Numbered from the stretch's first letter, positions 37,229 to 47,530 are shown. The stretch is 64,000 nucleotides of DNA from Lachnospiraceae bacterium (GCA_045576455.1 JAZNGM010000001.1:267604-331603), one strand, 5' to 3'. The notes: generated by a model from the sequence alone, not told the origin. Numbers and translations are program-made.

Positions 37229-38194
37229 ATGTATCAGGTTTCTGTAGTGATACCTAATTATAATGGAAAAGCACTTTTATATGATTGCCTTAAAACGCTT
37301 CCACAGAGTGAGTGTTTTGAAATTATTGTAGTGGACAATGGTTCCGATGATGGCAGCATTGATATGCTTAATGCGGAATTTCCCTATGTTGTGAAGATTT
37401 GTAATGCAGATAATTTGGGTTTTTCAGCAGCAGTTAATATGGGAATAAAAGCAGCCCGTGCACCTTATGTAGTGTTACTTAATAACGATACCAAGGTTGA
37501 AGAAGGTTTTCTGGAAGCTTTGCAGGAAGTACTTGATAAAGATCCGCGTATTTTTTCAGCATCTTCCTGTATGGTAAGTATGAAAGAACCGGATATTATT
37601 GATGATACGGGAGATTATTATAATGCACTTGGCTGGGCATTTACTTTAGGAAAAGGAAAAAACGTTAAAAAATACCAAAAAGCACGTAAGGTGTTTTCGG
37701 CCTGTGGCGGTGCTTCCATTTACCGCAAAGAAGTGTTTGAACAGATAGGCTATTTTGATGAAAATCATTTTGCGTACCTTGAAGATGTAGATGTTGGATT
37801 CAGGTCACAAATTTACGGCTATAAAAACGTATATATAAACAGAGCGGTATGTCACCATGTCGGAAGTGCATACAGCGGTTCAAGATATAATCCGTTTAAA
37901 ATACAACTTTCCGCGCAAAACAGCATCTATATAGTATATAAAAATATGCCGTTATTAATGTTTATTATCAACTTGCCGTTTTTATTGTTAGGCTTTTTGG
38001 TTAAAATATTATTCTTTACTTTAAAAGGCCAGATAAAACCTTATTTTGCAGGACTTGGAAAGGGATTTAAACTATGCTTTTCCAAGAAAGGACGTGCTAA
38101 AAAAGTACGGTTTTCTTTTAAACATTTAGGCAATTATTGTAAAATTCAGGGGAATTTGTGGTTAAACCTTTTTAGGCGGTTCATCAATTCGTAG
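37229..38194 (+). CDS. GT2 glycosyltransferase (WbbL-type rhamnosyltransferase-like) with a C-terminal TM segment
   Basis: VSVVIPNYNGKALL, IIVVDNGSDDGS, NLGFSAAVNMG, VLLNNDT, EDVDVGFR. Confidence 0.8.
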   Translation: MYQVSVVIPNYNGKALLYDCLKTLPQSECFEIIVVDNGSDDGSIDMLNAEFPYVVKICNADNLGFSAAVNMGIKAARAPYVVLLNNDTKVEEGFLEALQEVLDKDPRIFSASSCMVSMKEPDIIDDTGDYYNALGWAFTLGKGKNVKKYQKARKVFSACGGASIYRKEVFEQIGYFDENHFAYLEDVDVGFRSQIYGYKNVYINRAVCHHVGSAYSGSRYNPFKIQLSAQNSIYIVYKNMPLLMFIINLPFLLLGFLVKILFFTLKGQIKPYFAGLGKGFKLCFSKKGRAKKVRFSFKHLGNYCKIQGNLWLNLFRRFINS

Positions 38195-38249
38195 GTTGAG
38201 TTTTTACGTTTATTATTGTAAGATACTCGTAAGTATGAGAAGCAGGTGA

Positions 38250-39653
38250 TTGAATTTGATTAAAGATAATCAGAAGTATTTTAACAGACTTCAGGTCTTG
38301 TTGGATGCAATAGTTATTTGTGCAAGTTATGCGTTGGCATTCTATGTTAAATTCATAAGCGGATTAGTTGAAAGCTATCTGGTGTTATCGACAGCAGAAT
38401 ATTTTGAACTGCTTCTTTTTGTAGTACCCGGATATCTTTTATTATACTATACTTTTCATTTATATTCCCCTAAGCGGGTATCGGCACCCGGCGAGGAGAC
38501 CCTTGGTGTAATTGGTGCCAATATAGTGGGAATTGCATTGTTAATTGTATGTATATATGCGTTTAAGCTGATACACTATTCCCGTAGCATGATACTTATG
38601 TTTTTTGTGATTAATGTAGTTCTTGAAGCCTTTGTAAGACGTCTTGTACGTTATTTCCTGCGTCTTGCCCGTAAAAAAGGTTACAACAAAAAGTTTGTGC
38701 TTTTGGTAGGTTATTCCAAAGCCGCAGAAGAATATATTGACAGAATTAATGAAAATCCGCAGTGGGGATATGTGGTAAGAGGAATTCTGGACGATAAGAT
38801 ACCAAGTGGTACTATTTACAAGGGTGTTAAAGTAATGGGAAGAATTGATAATCTCCTTGTTATTTTGCCGGAAAATAAGCTTGACGAAATAGCGATTACG
38901 CTTGCGTTGGAAGATTATGGAAGATTGGAAGATATTGTTGGCTTATGTGAAAAATCAGGTGTACATACTAAATTTATACCCGATTATAACAGAGTTATTC
39001 CGAGTAAACCTTATACGGAAGATTTACATGGACTTCCGGTAATCAATATACGGCATGTGCCGCTTACCAATACGGTAAACTGGGTGATGAAGAGAATTGT
39101 AGATATAGTGGGTTCTCTTTTGGCAATTATTATTTTTTCACCGGTAATGCTTATATGTGCCGTGTTAGTAAAGTGCTCCGGAAAAGGACCTGTTATTTTT
39201 AAACAGGAAAGAGTGGGGCTTCATAACCGTACATTTTGTATGTACAAATTCAGGTCTATGCGGTTGCAGGCACCTGATGAGACGAGAGACTGGACTACCA
39301 AGGATGATCCGAGAGTTACGGGAATCGGTAAGTTTATGAGAAAAACGAGCATAGATGAGCTTCCGCAGTTGTTTAATATTTTGAAGGGGGATATGAGTCT
39401 TGTGGGACCACGTCCGGAACAACCCTCTTATGTTGAACAGTTTAAAGAGAGTATTCCGCGTTATATGATTAAGCATCAGGTAAGACCGGGTATGACCGGC
39501 TGGGCACAGATTGAAGGATATCGTGGGGATTCTTCCATTAAGAAGCGCATTGAATGCGATTTATATTATATAGAGAACTGGACAATGGGATTTGATATCA
39601 AGATTTTGTTCTTGACGATTTTTAAAGGCTTCATTAACAAGAATGCCTACTAA
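38250..39653 (+). CDS. Polyprenyl-phosphate hexose-1-phosphate transferase (WcaJ/CpsE-type initiating enzyme)
   Basis: N-terminal TM bundle, central Rossmann-like domain, C-terminal sugar-transferase domain (KRIVDIVGSLLAIIIFSP, PVIFKQERVG, DELPQLFNILKGDMSLVGPRP). TTG start at 38250 or 38256. Confidence 0.9.
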   Translation: MNLIKDNQKYFNRLQVLLDAIVICASYALAFYVKFISGLVESYLVLSTAEYFELLLFVVPGYLLLYYTFHLYSPKRVSAPGEETLGVIGANIVGIALLIVCIYAFKLIHYSRSMILMFFVINVVLEAFVRRLVRYFLRLARKKGYNKKFVLLVGYSKAAEEYIDRINENPQWGYVVRGILDDKIPSGTIYKGVKVMGRIDNLLVILPENKLDEIAITLALEDYGRLEDIVGLCEKSGVHTKFIPDYNRVIPSKPYTEDLHGLPVINIRHVPLTNTVNWVMKRIVDIVGSLLAIIIFSPVMLICAVLVKCSGKGPVIFKQERVGLHNRTFCMYKFRSMRLQAPDETRDWTTKDDPRVTGIGKFMRKTSIDELPQLFNILKGDMSLVGPRPEQPSYVEQFKESIPRYMIKHQVRPGMTGWAQIEGYRGDSSIKKRIECDLYYIENWTMGFDIKILFLTIFKGFINKNAY

Positions 39654-39666
39654 GGGAGATTGCAGC

Positions 39667-40836
39667 ATGAGTACACAAAAAAATAGAACTGAGTCATCTT
39701 CAAAAAAGATGATGACACCGCGTGAAAAAGCAAAAAGACGCAGAAGGAATACCATTCTGATTATTATTGAAGTGGTTGTACTGTTGGCGGTATTGGCAGC
39801 GTGTATATGGATATTTAAATTGCTTGACCCGCCGGGAGATGACCAGAGCGGAATGGTAACTGAAAAGGTACAGGATAGTAACGGTATCCCACAGGGCGCC
39901 AATGAAGAAGTTATAGAGAAAATGGAAAACGAAGAGCATAATCCTATGAAGGATTACACACTGATAGCACTTTTTGGTGTGGATTCCCGTGCGGCAAATC
40001 TTAACAAAGAAAATAGCCGTTCCGATACTATTATGCTTGCGGCTATCCATAAACAAACAAGTGAGGTAAAGCTTGTATCCGTATATCGTGATACCTACCT
40101 CAACACAGGTGATGATTATTATGCAAAGTGTAATACCGCGTATGCCCTGGGCGGATATACGCAGGCTGTTGCCATGCTGAATGCAAATCTGGATTTATAT
40201 ATTGAAGATTACATTACCATTGGTTTTAACGGTTTGATAGAAACTATTGATGCACTTGGCGGTGTATATGTTGATGTGGATTCGGCAGAGATTAAGCATC
40301 TTAACAATTACCAGATAACGATGGCAGCAGACCTTAACAGGACTTATACGGAAGTGACTGAAACAGGATACCAGTTGTTGAATGGTATTCAGGCTACTGC
40401 ATACTGCCGTATACGATATACAAAAGGTGATGACTACAAACGTGCGGAACGTCAGCGTGAAGTTGTAATGGCCATCCTTGAGCAGGCTAAAAAAGCATCT
40501 TTATCAGAGCTTACAGAGGCCGTTAACGGAATTATTAAGCAGGTATCCACTTCTCTTACCTTGGATGAAATCTTAAACGTTGTGGCAGCGGTCAAGGACT
40601 TTAATATATCTGAGCAGGATGGTTTCCCTAACAGCAAGATGCGTACTTCAGGTACCATTACCGGTAAAGGAAGCTGTGTTGTTCCGGTTTCACTTGCCAA
40701 GAATGTAAAATGGTTGCATGAGTTCTTGTTTGATGATACGGATTATCAGGTTTCATCAACGGTACAGTCATACAGTGATACTATTTACGGACAGGTTTAT
40801 CCGTATCTTGGAGAACTTGTTAATGAAAAGGAATAG
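39667..40836 (+). CDS. LytR-CpsA-Psr (LCP) family wall-polymer ligase
   Basis: Cytoplasmic basic tail, one TM, then ALFGVDSR...NSRSDTIMLAAI...LVSVYRDTY and FNGLIETIDALGGV. ATG 39667 with an AAGGGAG RBS is preferred over 39643. Confidence 0.85.
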   Translation: MSTQKNRTESSSKKMMTPREKAKRRRRNTILIIIEVVVLLAVLAACIWIFKLLDPPGDDQSGMVTEKVQDSNGIPQGANEEVIEKMENEEHNPMKDYTLIALFGVDSRAANLNKENSRSDTIMLAAIHKQTSEVKLVSVYRDTYLNTGDDYYAKCNTAYALGGYTQAVAMLNANLDLYIEDYITIGFNGLIETIDALGGVYVDVDSAEIKHLNNYQITMAADLNRTYTEVTETGYQLLNGIQATAYCRIRYTKGDDYKRAERQREVVMAILEQAKKASLSELTEAVNGIIKQVSTSLTLDEILNVVAAVKDFNISEQDGFPNSKMRTSGTITGKGSCVVPVSLAKNVKWLHEFLFDDTDYQVSSTVQSYSDTIYGQVYPYLGELVNEKE

Positions 40837-40847
40837 TTCTTAAAAAG

Positions 40848-40873
40848 AAGGGAGCTAAAAAGCTCCCTTTTCC
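40848..40873 (+). terminator. Rho-independent terminator ending the long glycan operon
   Basis: aagggagct / agctccctt 9-bp stem, loop aaaa, followed by tt(cc). Confidence 0.55.
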
Positions 40874-40890
40874 ATAATAAAGGAGCGTAT

Positions 40891-41826
40891 ATGCAGAAAG
40901 TTGATGTGGTGATTCCGATGTATCATTCCAATGACCGGATGATACATATGCTGGAATTGTTAATAAGCCAATCCTTATGTCCTAATAAAGTAATACTGAT
41001 GAATACGGATGAAAGTTTCTATAAGGCCGATGTCGGTTTTCAGAAGGTTGTCGAAAAGTATAATAGCGACGGCAAGATGAAAATCGAGGTGCACCATGTT
41101 TCGCCGGAAGAATTTGACCATGGACGTACGCGTGATGAAGGAATTTTACACTCCGATGCAGAATATGTTTTGCTGATGACAGATGATGCGGTTCCTTATG
41201 ATAATAAACTCATTGGGCATATGCTGCGGGGATTTGATGATAATACAACAGGAGCGGTATATGCAAGGCAGCTTGCCCACAAAAACAGCGGTATACTTGA
41301 AAAATTGACAAGAGAGTTTAACTATCCTGATAAATCTTGTAAAAAGACGAAGGAGGATGTTAAAACACTTGGTATAAAAGCATATTTTTGTTCCAATGTA
41401 TGTGCTATGTACAGAAAAGATTTGTATATGGAATTGGGCGGCTTTGTTAAAAAAACGATTTTTAATGAGGATATGATTTATGCAGCAAAACTCATTCAAA
41501 ACGGATATGCGGTTTATTATGAAAAAGATGCAGCCGTATATCACAGCCACAAATATTCGCTTATGAAGCAGCTTAGAAGAAACTTTGATTTAGGGGTATC
41601 GCAAGCCGATCATCCGGAAGTTTTTGATAATGTACCTTCTGAAGGTGAGGGTAAAAAACTGGTGGGTTTTGTTTCCAAAAGAATAAAAGGAAAAATTTTC
41701 CATCTGTTTTATTTTTATATGCAATGTGCCTTTAAGTTGGTTGGCTATAAGCTTGGTAAGAAATATAAGAAGCTTCCGAAAGCTATTGTAAGGAAGCTTA
41801 CCATGAACAAAAATTATTGGCGTTAA
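40891..41826 (+). CDS. GT2-like glycosyltransferase (stand-alone transcription unit)
   Basis: VDVVIPMYHSNDRMIHML, LLMTDDAVP. 311 aa. Confidence 0.65.
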   Translation: MQKVDVVIPMYHSNDRMIHMLELLISQSLCPNKVILMNTDESFYKADVGFQKVVEKYNSDGKMKIEVHHVSPEEFDHGRTRDEGILHSDAEYVLLMTDDAVPYDNKLIGHMLRGFDDNTTGAVYARQLAHKNSGILEKLTREFNYPDKSCKKTKEDVKTLGIKAYFCSNVCAMYRKDLYMELGGFVKKTIFNEDMIYAAKLIQNGYAVYYEKDAAVYHSHKYSLMKQLRRNFDLGVSQADHPEVFDNVPSEGEGKKLVGFVSKRIKGKIFHLFYFYMQCAFKLVGYKLGKKYKKLPKAIVRKLTMNKNYWR

Positions 41827-41934
41827 TTCTTAATTAGTTTAACAGTTTTGGCATAGTTTAATCACACAAAAAACACAATTGATAATTATACTAGCCATAT
41901 GATGAAAGACTGTACAACGAAAAGAGGTATTTTT

Positions 41935-43365
41935 ATGAACGAACAGAATAACCAATACGAACAATATAATACTTATGGGCAGTATACGCAGATGCCGTTT
42001 GATGAAAAAATACGTAAAAAGAATGATAAGCTGGCTAAAAAGCTTGCGAAAAAACAGGCCAAAAGAGAGGCTAAAAAAGCAGGAACGTATCGTATGGGTA
42101 TTCCTAAAAGAATAGGCGTTGTTATTTTGACGGCGGTATTATTCGGTACGTGTGCAGGCGGCACTTTTTTGGGCGTAAAATATATTGGGGAACGTTTCTT
42201 TGATGAAGATTCCAAGAAGGATGACAAGGGACTTGCAAATGTTGAAGCCGGAAAGTTGGAGAACGGCGGAAAAGACAATAACGGCAAGGAAAATGCAGGA
42301 CAATTAAATGAGGTAAGGCCTCCGGTATCTTCTACGGTGGATGGTTTTAGCGCAAATGTGCCTCAAAATCCGCTGGTTGCTTATGATGTCTCCGATGTGG
42401 CAGAAATGTGTATGCCTTCTGTTATTTCAATTGTCAATGATTTTACGGAAACGTATACCATCTACGGTCAGCGTTATGAACAGCCGGGTCAGTCGAGCGG
42501 TTCGGGTATTATTATAGGACAGAGTGAAACGGAACTTCTTCTTGTGACTAATTATCACGTAGTAGCGGGTGCAGATAAACTAACTATTACTTTTATTGAT
42601 AAAACAACGGCAGAAGCAAGTATCAAGGGATATGAAGAGGAGATGGACATTGCGGTTATTGCCATTCAGCTTTCTGATTTGACCGATGAGACGCTTGGAA
42701 ATATTGCAATTGCCGTATTAGGTGATTCGGATACACTTAAAGTAGGAGAAGCTGCTATTGCCATTGGTAATGCACTTGGATACGGTCAGTCTGTAACGTT
42801 AGGTGTTATCAGTGCACTTAACAGGGAACTTGAGATAGAGGGAACTTATCATACACTTTTACAGACAGATGCAGCCATTAATCCTGGTAATTCAGGAGGC
42901 GCACTTCTTAATACACGCGGAGAAGTTATCGGTATTAATTCCAATAAAATCGGTGGCTCAGTAGTAGAAGGTATGGGCTATGCCATTCCGATTTCATTGG
43001 TAAAGGATTTAATCGAAGAATTGTCTTTAAAGGAAACTTTAATCAAGGTTGAGGATGGACAGGAAGGATATCTAGGCATATACGGAATGGACGTTTCAGA
43101 GGATGTTGCGGCCATGTATGATATACCGAAAGGAGTATATATTTCCCAGCCTATCGAGGGTGGTGCAGCAGATGCGGCAGGACTGTTGAGAGGCGACATT
43201 ATTACCGCTCTTGAGGGAAATAAAGTACGTGGTATGACCGACCTTACCAATCTTTTACAGTATTATGCGGTAGGAACAGAAGTTGAGGTTACGATTCAAC
43301 GTAAAGAAAACGGATATTATGTTGAAAAGTCTGTTAAGTTAATATTAGGCAGTAAAATGGAGTAA
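41935..43365 (+). CDS. HtrA/DegP-family serine protease with a PDZ domain, membrane anchored
   Basis: TM (IGVVILTAVLFGTCAGG). Catalytic triad in TNYHVV, MDIAVIAI, GNSGGALLN. C-terminal PDZ (GYLGIYGMDV...GDIITALEG). ATG 41935 with an AAGAGG RBS is preferred. Confidence 0.85.
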   Translation: MNEQNNQYEQYNTYGQYTQMPFDEKIRKKNDKLAKKLAKKQAKREAKKAGTYRMGIPKRIGVVILTAVLFGTCAGGTFLGVKYIGERFFDEDSKKDDKGLANVEAGKLENGGKDNNGKENAGQLNEVRPPVSSTVDGFSANVPQNPLVAYDVSDVAEMCMPSVISIVNDFTETYTIYGQRYEQPGQSSGSGIIIGQSETELLLVTNYHVVAGADKLTITFIDKTTAEASIKGYEEEMDIAVIAIQLSDLTDETLGNIAIAVLGDSDTLKVGEAAIAIGNALGYGQSVTLGVISALNRELEIEGTYHTLLQTDAAINPGNSGGALLNTRGEVIGINSNKIGGSVVEGMGYAIPISLVKDLIEELSLKETLIKVEDGQEGYLGIYGMDVSEDVAAMYDIPKGVYISQPIEGGAADAAGLLRGDIITALEGNKVRGMTDLTNLLQYYAVGTEVEVTIQRKENGYYVEKSVKLILGSKME

Positions 43366-43459
43366 ATAATTTAGAAAAAGTTAACTTGTACTCGTTGTTT
43401 ATATGCCGTATACTGATATCATATATTGAAAGGAAGGCTATATAAGCAAGGAAATAAGT

Positions 43460-44929
43460 ATGAATCAGAATTTTGATGAAATAGATTTAGAAGAAGAAAA
43501 AGAAAATCTTGATAAAATGATGCAGGAGAAGACTAAAAAGGAGTCTGATGCCGCGGATAAGAAAGAGGACGACAAAGATAAACAGTACGAGGATGTATGC
43601 TTTATCTGCAGACGTCCTGAGAGTAAAGCAGGAAAGATGTTCCATCTCCCAAATAATATTTGCGTGTGTAATGATTGTATGCACAAGACAATGGATACGG
43701 TTACACAGTATGACTATCAGGGAATGTTAAATTCGCCGAATATCAGTTTTATGAATATTGCTGATTTGCAGGGGGACGGAGCAATTCCTAATAAGCAGAA
43801 GCTTAAGAAAAAGAGTAAGGATAAGGAAAGTGCGCCGGTATTGGATATTAAGAAAATTCCGGCACCCCATAAGATTAAAGCAAGCCTTGATGAATATGTT
43901 GTAGGTCAGGAACATGCTAAAAAGGTAATATCCGTAGCCGTTTATAATCATTATAAGCGTGTGGCAACGGGCACAATGGATGAAATAGAAATTGAAAAAT
44001 CCAACATGCTGATGATCGGACCGACAGGTTCCGGTAAGACATATCTTGTTAAGACATTGGCAAAGCTTCTGGATGTTCCGCTTGCTATTACAGATGCAAC
44101 ATCGCTAACGGAAGCTGGCTATATCGGCGATGATATTGAAAGTGTCGTAAGTAAATTGTTGGCAGCAGCTGACAATGATGTTGAAAAAGCAGAACAGGGT
44201 ATTATTTTTATCGATGAAATTGATAAAATTGCAAAGAAGAAAAATACAAACAGCCGTGACGTAAGCGGAGAGTCCGTTCAGCAGGGAATGCTTAAACTTT
44301 TAGAAGGCGCTGAGGTAGAGGTTCCGGTTGGGGCTAACAGCAAGAATGCCATGGTTCCGCTTGCAACGGTTAATACTAAAAATATTCTATTTATCTGTGG
44401 AGGTGCTTTCCCGGATTTAGAGGAGATTATTAAGCAACGTCTTAATAAGCAGTCTGCTATCGGTTATAATGCAAGTCTTAAGGATAAGTATGATAAAGAT
44501 AAGAATATTCTTTCTAAGGTAACGGTAGAAGATATTAAGAAGTTTGGTATGATACCGGAATTTGTGGGCCGTCTTCCGATTATTTATACATTGGAAAGTC
44601 TTGATCTTGAAATGATGAAGAAGATTATGACGGAGCCGAAAAATGCCATATTAAAACAATACGAGAAACTGTTGGCATTAGATGAAGTTAAACTTGTTTT
44701 TGATGATGGTGCTGTAGAAGCTATTGCTAAAAAGGCTATAGAAAATGAAACAGGTGCCCGTGCATTAAGAGCTATTATTGAAGAATATATGCTGGATATC
44801 ATGTACGAAATACCTAAAGATGACAATATCGGTACAGTAACGATTACTAAGGATTACATTGAAGGGACAGGGGGACCACAGATTGAAATCCGTGGTATAC
44901 AGCATGACGCCCTTCCAATGAATGAATAA
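43460..44929 (+). CDS. clpX: ClpX-type AAA+ unfoldase with an N-terminal acidic extension
   Basis: C4 zinc-binding domain CFICRR...CVCNDC begins only at ~residue 47. Walker A GPTGSGKT, Walker B IIFIDEIDKI, IPEFVGRLP. No clpP or tig is adjacent. Confidence 0.85.
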   Translation: MNQNFDEIDLEEEKENLDKMMQEKTKKESDAADKKEDDKDKQYEDVCFICRRPESKAGKMFHLPNNICVCNDCMHKTMDTVTQYDYQGMLNSPNISFMNIADLQGDGAIPNKQKLKKKSKDKESAPVLDIKKIPAPHKIKASLDEYVVGQEHAKKVISVAVYNHYKRVATGTMDEIEIEKSNMLMIGPTGSGKTYLVKTLAKLLDVPLAITDATSLTEAGYIGDDIESVVSKLLAAADNDVEKAEQGIIFIDEIDKIAKKKNTNSRDVSGESVQQGMLKLLEGAEVEVPVGANSKNAMVPLATVNTKNILFICGGAFPDLEEIIKQRLNKQSAIGYNASLKDKYDKDKNILSKVTVEDIKKFGMIPEFVGRLPIIYTLESLDLEMMKKIMTEPKNAILKQYEKLLALDEVKLVFDDGAVEAIAKKAIENETGARALRAIIEEYMLDIMYEIPKDDNIGTVTITKDYIEGTGGPQIEIRGIQHDALPMNE

Positions 44930-44961
44930 ATATTTTGAAGTACATGAGGGAGGATTTACTA

Positions 44962-45675
44962 ATGAAATGTTTATTATGTGGAAGTGAGAATAATGACGGA
45001 ATGAAGTTTTGTACCCAGTGTGGTGCGATGCTGACACAACCTGAAGAGGTTAAACAGGAAAAAGAAGAAACAGTGGAAACGGTAGAAGTTGCAGAATCTG
45101 CAGAATCTGTAGTTGAAGTACCAACGGAAGCTGTTGCAGCGGCTGTGGAGACACCGGTTATGGAAACTCCGGTAGCGGACGTGGTAGTGCCGGAAGCAAC
45201 TGTTGTTGAAGAAGTAATGACACCGGAAACACCTGTTGTTGAAGAAGTAACGGCACCGGAAGTACCTGTTGTTGAAGCGGTAGCAGCTCCGGTACCACCT
45301 ATGCCGCCGGTAACACCTATGTCGCAGGTGCCACCTATGATGCCGCCGATGCCAAAGCCGGTGACAATTACGGATAAGGAACTTATGCCGGTTAGGGAAA
45401 ACGCGTGGACAGGAATTTTAAAAGGTGTGGCGCTGTTTTTCTACATATTAGAGCTGGTAGCAGTGGTGATTATTACGGTACTGCGTGTTATGGGTACAGA
45501 TGTAATACCTATTCCCCGTATGCCAATGGTGGCATTGATAATATTTGCAGTAGGCGCTGTCCTTGTATTAACCTTGGTGTTTGTTATAACAATGTGCTTA
45601 CTTAATGTGGCAAGTGATATTACCAAATCAAGAAAACATATGCGGAATATTGAATATATTTTGAGAAAGAAATAA
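44962..45675 (+). CDS. Zinc-ribbon membrane protein with an acidic/Pro-Val-rich linker and two C-terminal TM helices
   Basis: CLLCGSENNDGMKFCTQCG; repetitive TPVVEEV/PEVPVVE and PPMPPVTP segments; two TM helices. GAGGGAGG RBS 8 nt before ATG 44962. Confidence 0.6.
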   Translation: MKCLLCGSENNDGMKFCTQCGAMLTQPEEVKQEKEETVETVEVAESAESVVEVPTEAVAAAVETPVMETPVADVVVPEATVVEEVMTPETPVVEEVTAPEVPVVEAVAAPVPPMPPVTPMSQVPPMMPPMPKPVTITDKELMPVRENAWTGILKGVALFFYILELVAVVIITVLRVMGTDVIPIPRMPMVALIIFAVGAVLVLTLVFVITMCLLNVASDITKSRKHMRNIEYILRKK

Positions 45676-45685
45676 GATGCTTTTG

Positions 45686-45731
45686 AAAGGCGACATTAAT
45701 GGATAGCATTAGTGCCCGCCTTTCTTTTTTT
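45686..45731 (+). terminator. Rho-independent terminator
   Basis: aaaggcg...cgccttt outer stem with an imperfect inner stem, followed by ctttttttg. Confidence 0.6.
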
Positions 45732-45767
45732 GAATATGATATAAAAAAAGAATAAGGACATAGCGTT

Positions 45768-47480
45768 ATGACATGTCGTGAAAAGGTTATTTCTGAAGAC
45801 TATGCAGATATTTTATTAGACTATGTTCTGCCACCGGATTTACTTGCCCTAACCCGTGTGGATTACTGTTATACCCGCGTAGAAGGGGATTTAGGAGTAG
45901 CATATATCAGGATTTCAGATGTGGATGATTTATCTATACAACCGCTTACTTACAGGGAAATACCTGCCGTATTTGGTCTAATGGCAAATGGTGATATGCC
46001 GGGTGGTTTTGACCCGTCTACCCTTATTAATTCCGGTATTCTGCCGGTGCAGGGCGAACCGCTTCAGCTAACGGGAAAAGATGTGACGATAGCTTTTATA
46101 GATACCGGTATTGATTACCGGTCGCCGTATTTTCAAAACGCTGATGGTACTACAAGAATAACGGCAATATGGGATCAGACGATACACACAGGAGAGCCAC
46201 CGGAAGGTTTTTTGTACGGAACGGAATATAGAAAGGACTTAATTAATGTAGCCTTGGGTTCTTCAGATCCTTACAGCATCGTTCCGAGTAGGGATGAAAA
46301 CGGACACGGAAGCAGCGTGGCAAGCGCTGCGGCAGGGAGCCGGCTTGATGATGGTGTTACCTTTAATAGTGCGGCACCGGATAGTAATATACTTGTTGTG
46401 AAACTACGGGAAGCAAAACAATATTTGAAAGATTACTATCTGATTCCGGAAGGCGAAATTTGTTACAGTGAATCGGATATTATTTTGGCATTAAAGTATG
46501 TAATGTCTTTCTGGACGCCTTTTACCAGGCCATTGGTTATTTGTTTTGCATTAGGAAGTAATATGGGAGATCATGCAGGGAATTCTGTCTTATCTGATTA
46601 CATGAATTTCCTTGCGGGCAGAAAAAGTGTGGCTTTGATCGTGTGTGGCGGAAATGAAGGAAATGGTGCAAGGCATTATCAAAATACATTGCCTTCCGTA
46701 AGCGGGGAGGCGCAAGACGACGTGGAAATACGGGTTGCAGAAGGGGAAACCGGATTTGTAATGGAATTATGGGGAAATTCTCCGGCGCTATTTACCATAC
46801 GGATTAGAACTCCCGGTGGGGAAAGTGTAGCACAAGAGACTTTTAGGACGGAGCAAACGTTATCGTACCGCTTTATTTATGAAAGAACCGTCATTACATT
46901 GGATTATATTTTTGTTGAGCAGGGTTCGGGAGAACAGCTTATTTTTTTCCGGTTTGAAAATCCTACGCCGGGGATATGGACAATAACCGTTACGAATGAA
47001 ACCGGTAACATACAGGCTCCTTTTTTTATGTATTTACCTATTGAACAACATCTTAAAACCGATACGGTTTTTTTAAGACCGAACCCGTACACTACATTGA
47101 CGGAACCGGGGTATGCGGACCGGGTTATAACCGTATCAAGTTATGATGACAGAAACGGCAGTTTTTCCGTAAATTCGGGGAGAGGCTATTCAAGGCTTTC
47201 CGATATAAAACCGGATTTTGCTGCACCGGGAATCATGGTACCGACGCTTAAAGGGAAGCAAAGCGGTTCGGGATTTGCGGCTGCTCTTACGGCAGGTGCG
47301 GTTGCGGATTTTATGCAGTGGGCAGTAATAAGAGGAAATGCCATACAAGTGGATAGTAATGATATAAAAAGCTATTTTATACGTGGAGCTACGCGGGATG
47401 CAGATAATGTATATCCAAATAGGGAGTTTGGTTTTGGTACATTAAACTTACAGGGGATTTTTGACGTGCTTGCCCGCTAG
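45768..47480 (+). CDS. Subtilisin-like S8 family protein, Csp (germination protease)-like, no signal peptide
   Basis: Asp box IAFIDTGIDY, His box DENGHGSSVASAAAG, oxyanion CGGNEGN. The Ser box reads GSGFAAALTAGA instead of GTSxAAPxVAGA. Confidence 0.75.
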   Translation: MTCREKVISEDYADILLDYVLPPDLLALTRVDYCYTRVEGDLGVAYIRISDVDDLSIQPLTYREIPAVFGLMANGDMPGGFDPSTLINSGILPVQGEPLQLTGKDVTIAFIDTGIDYRSPYFQNADGTTRITAIWDQTIHTGEPPEGFLYGTEYRKDLINVALGSSDPYSIVPSRDENGHGSSVASAAAGSRLDDGVTFNSAAPDSNILVVKLREAKQYLKDYYLIPEGEICYSESDIILALKYVMSFWTPFTRPLVICFALGSNMGDHAGNSVLSDYMNFLAGRKSVALIVCGGNEGNGARHYQNTLPSVSGEAQDDVEIRVAEGETGFVMELWGNSPALFTIRIRTPGGESVAQETFRTEQTLSYRFIYERTVITLDYIFVEQGSGEQLIFFRFENPTPGIWTITVTNETGNIQAPFFMYLPIEQHLKTDTVFLRPNPYTTLTEPGYADRVITVSSYDDRNGSFSVNSGRGYSRLSDIKPDFAAPGIMVPTLKGKQSGSGFAAALTAGAVADFMQWAVIRGNAIQVDSNDIKSYFIRGATRDADNVYPNREFGFGTLNLQGIFDVLAR

Positions 47481-47499
47481 ATGCAAAAGGAGTATAATT

Positions 47500-47530
47500 A
47501 AAGGTAACAATATGATTTGTTACCTTTTTA
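47500..47530 (+). terminator. Rho-independent terminator
   Basis: Perfect 11-bp stem aaaggtaacaa / ttgttaccttt, loop tatgat, then ttta. Confidence 0.7.
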
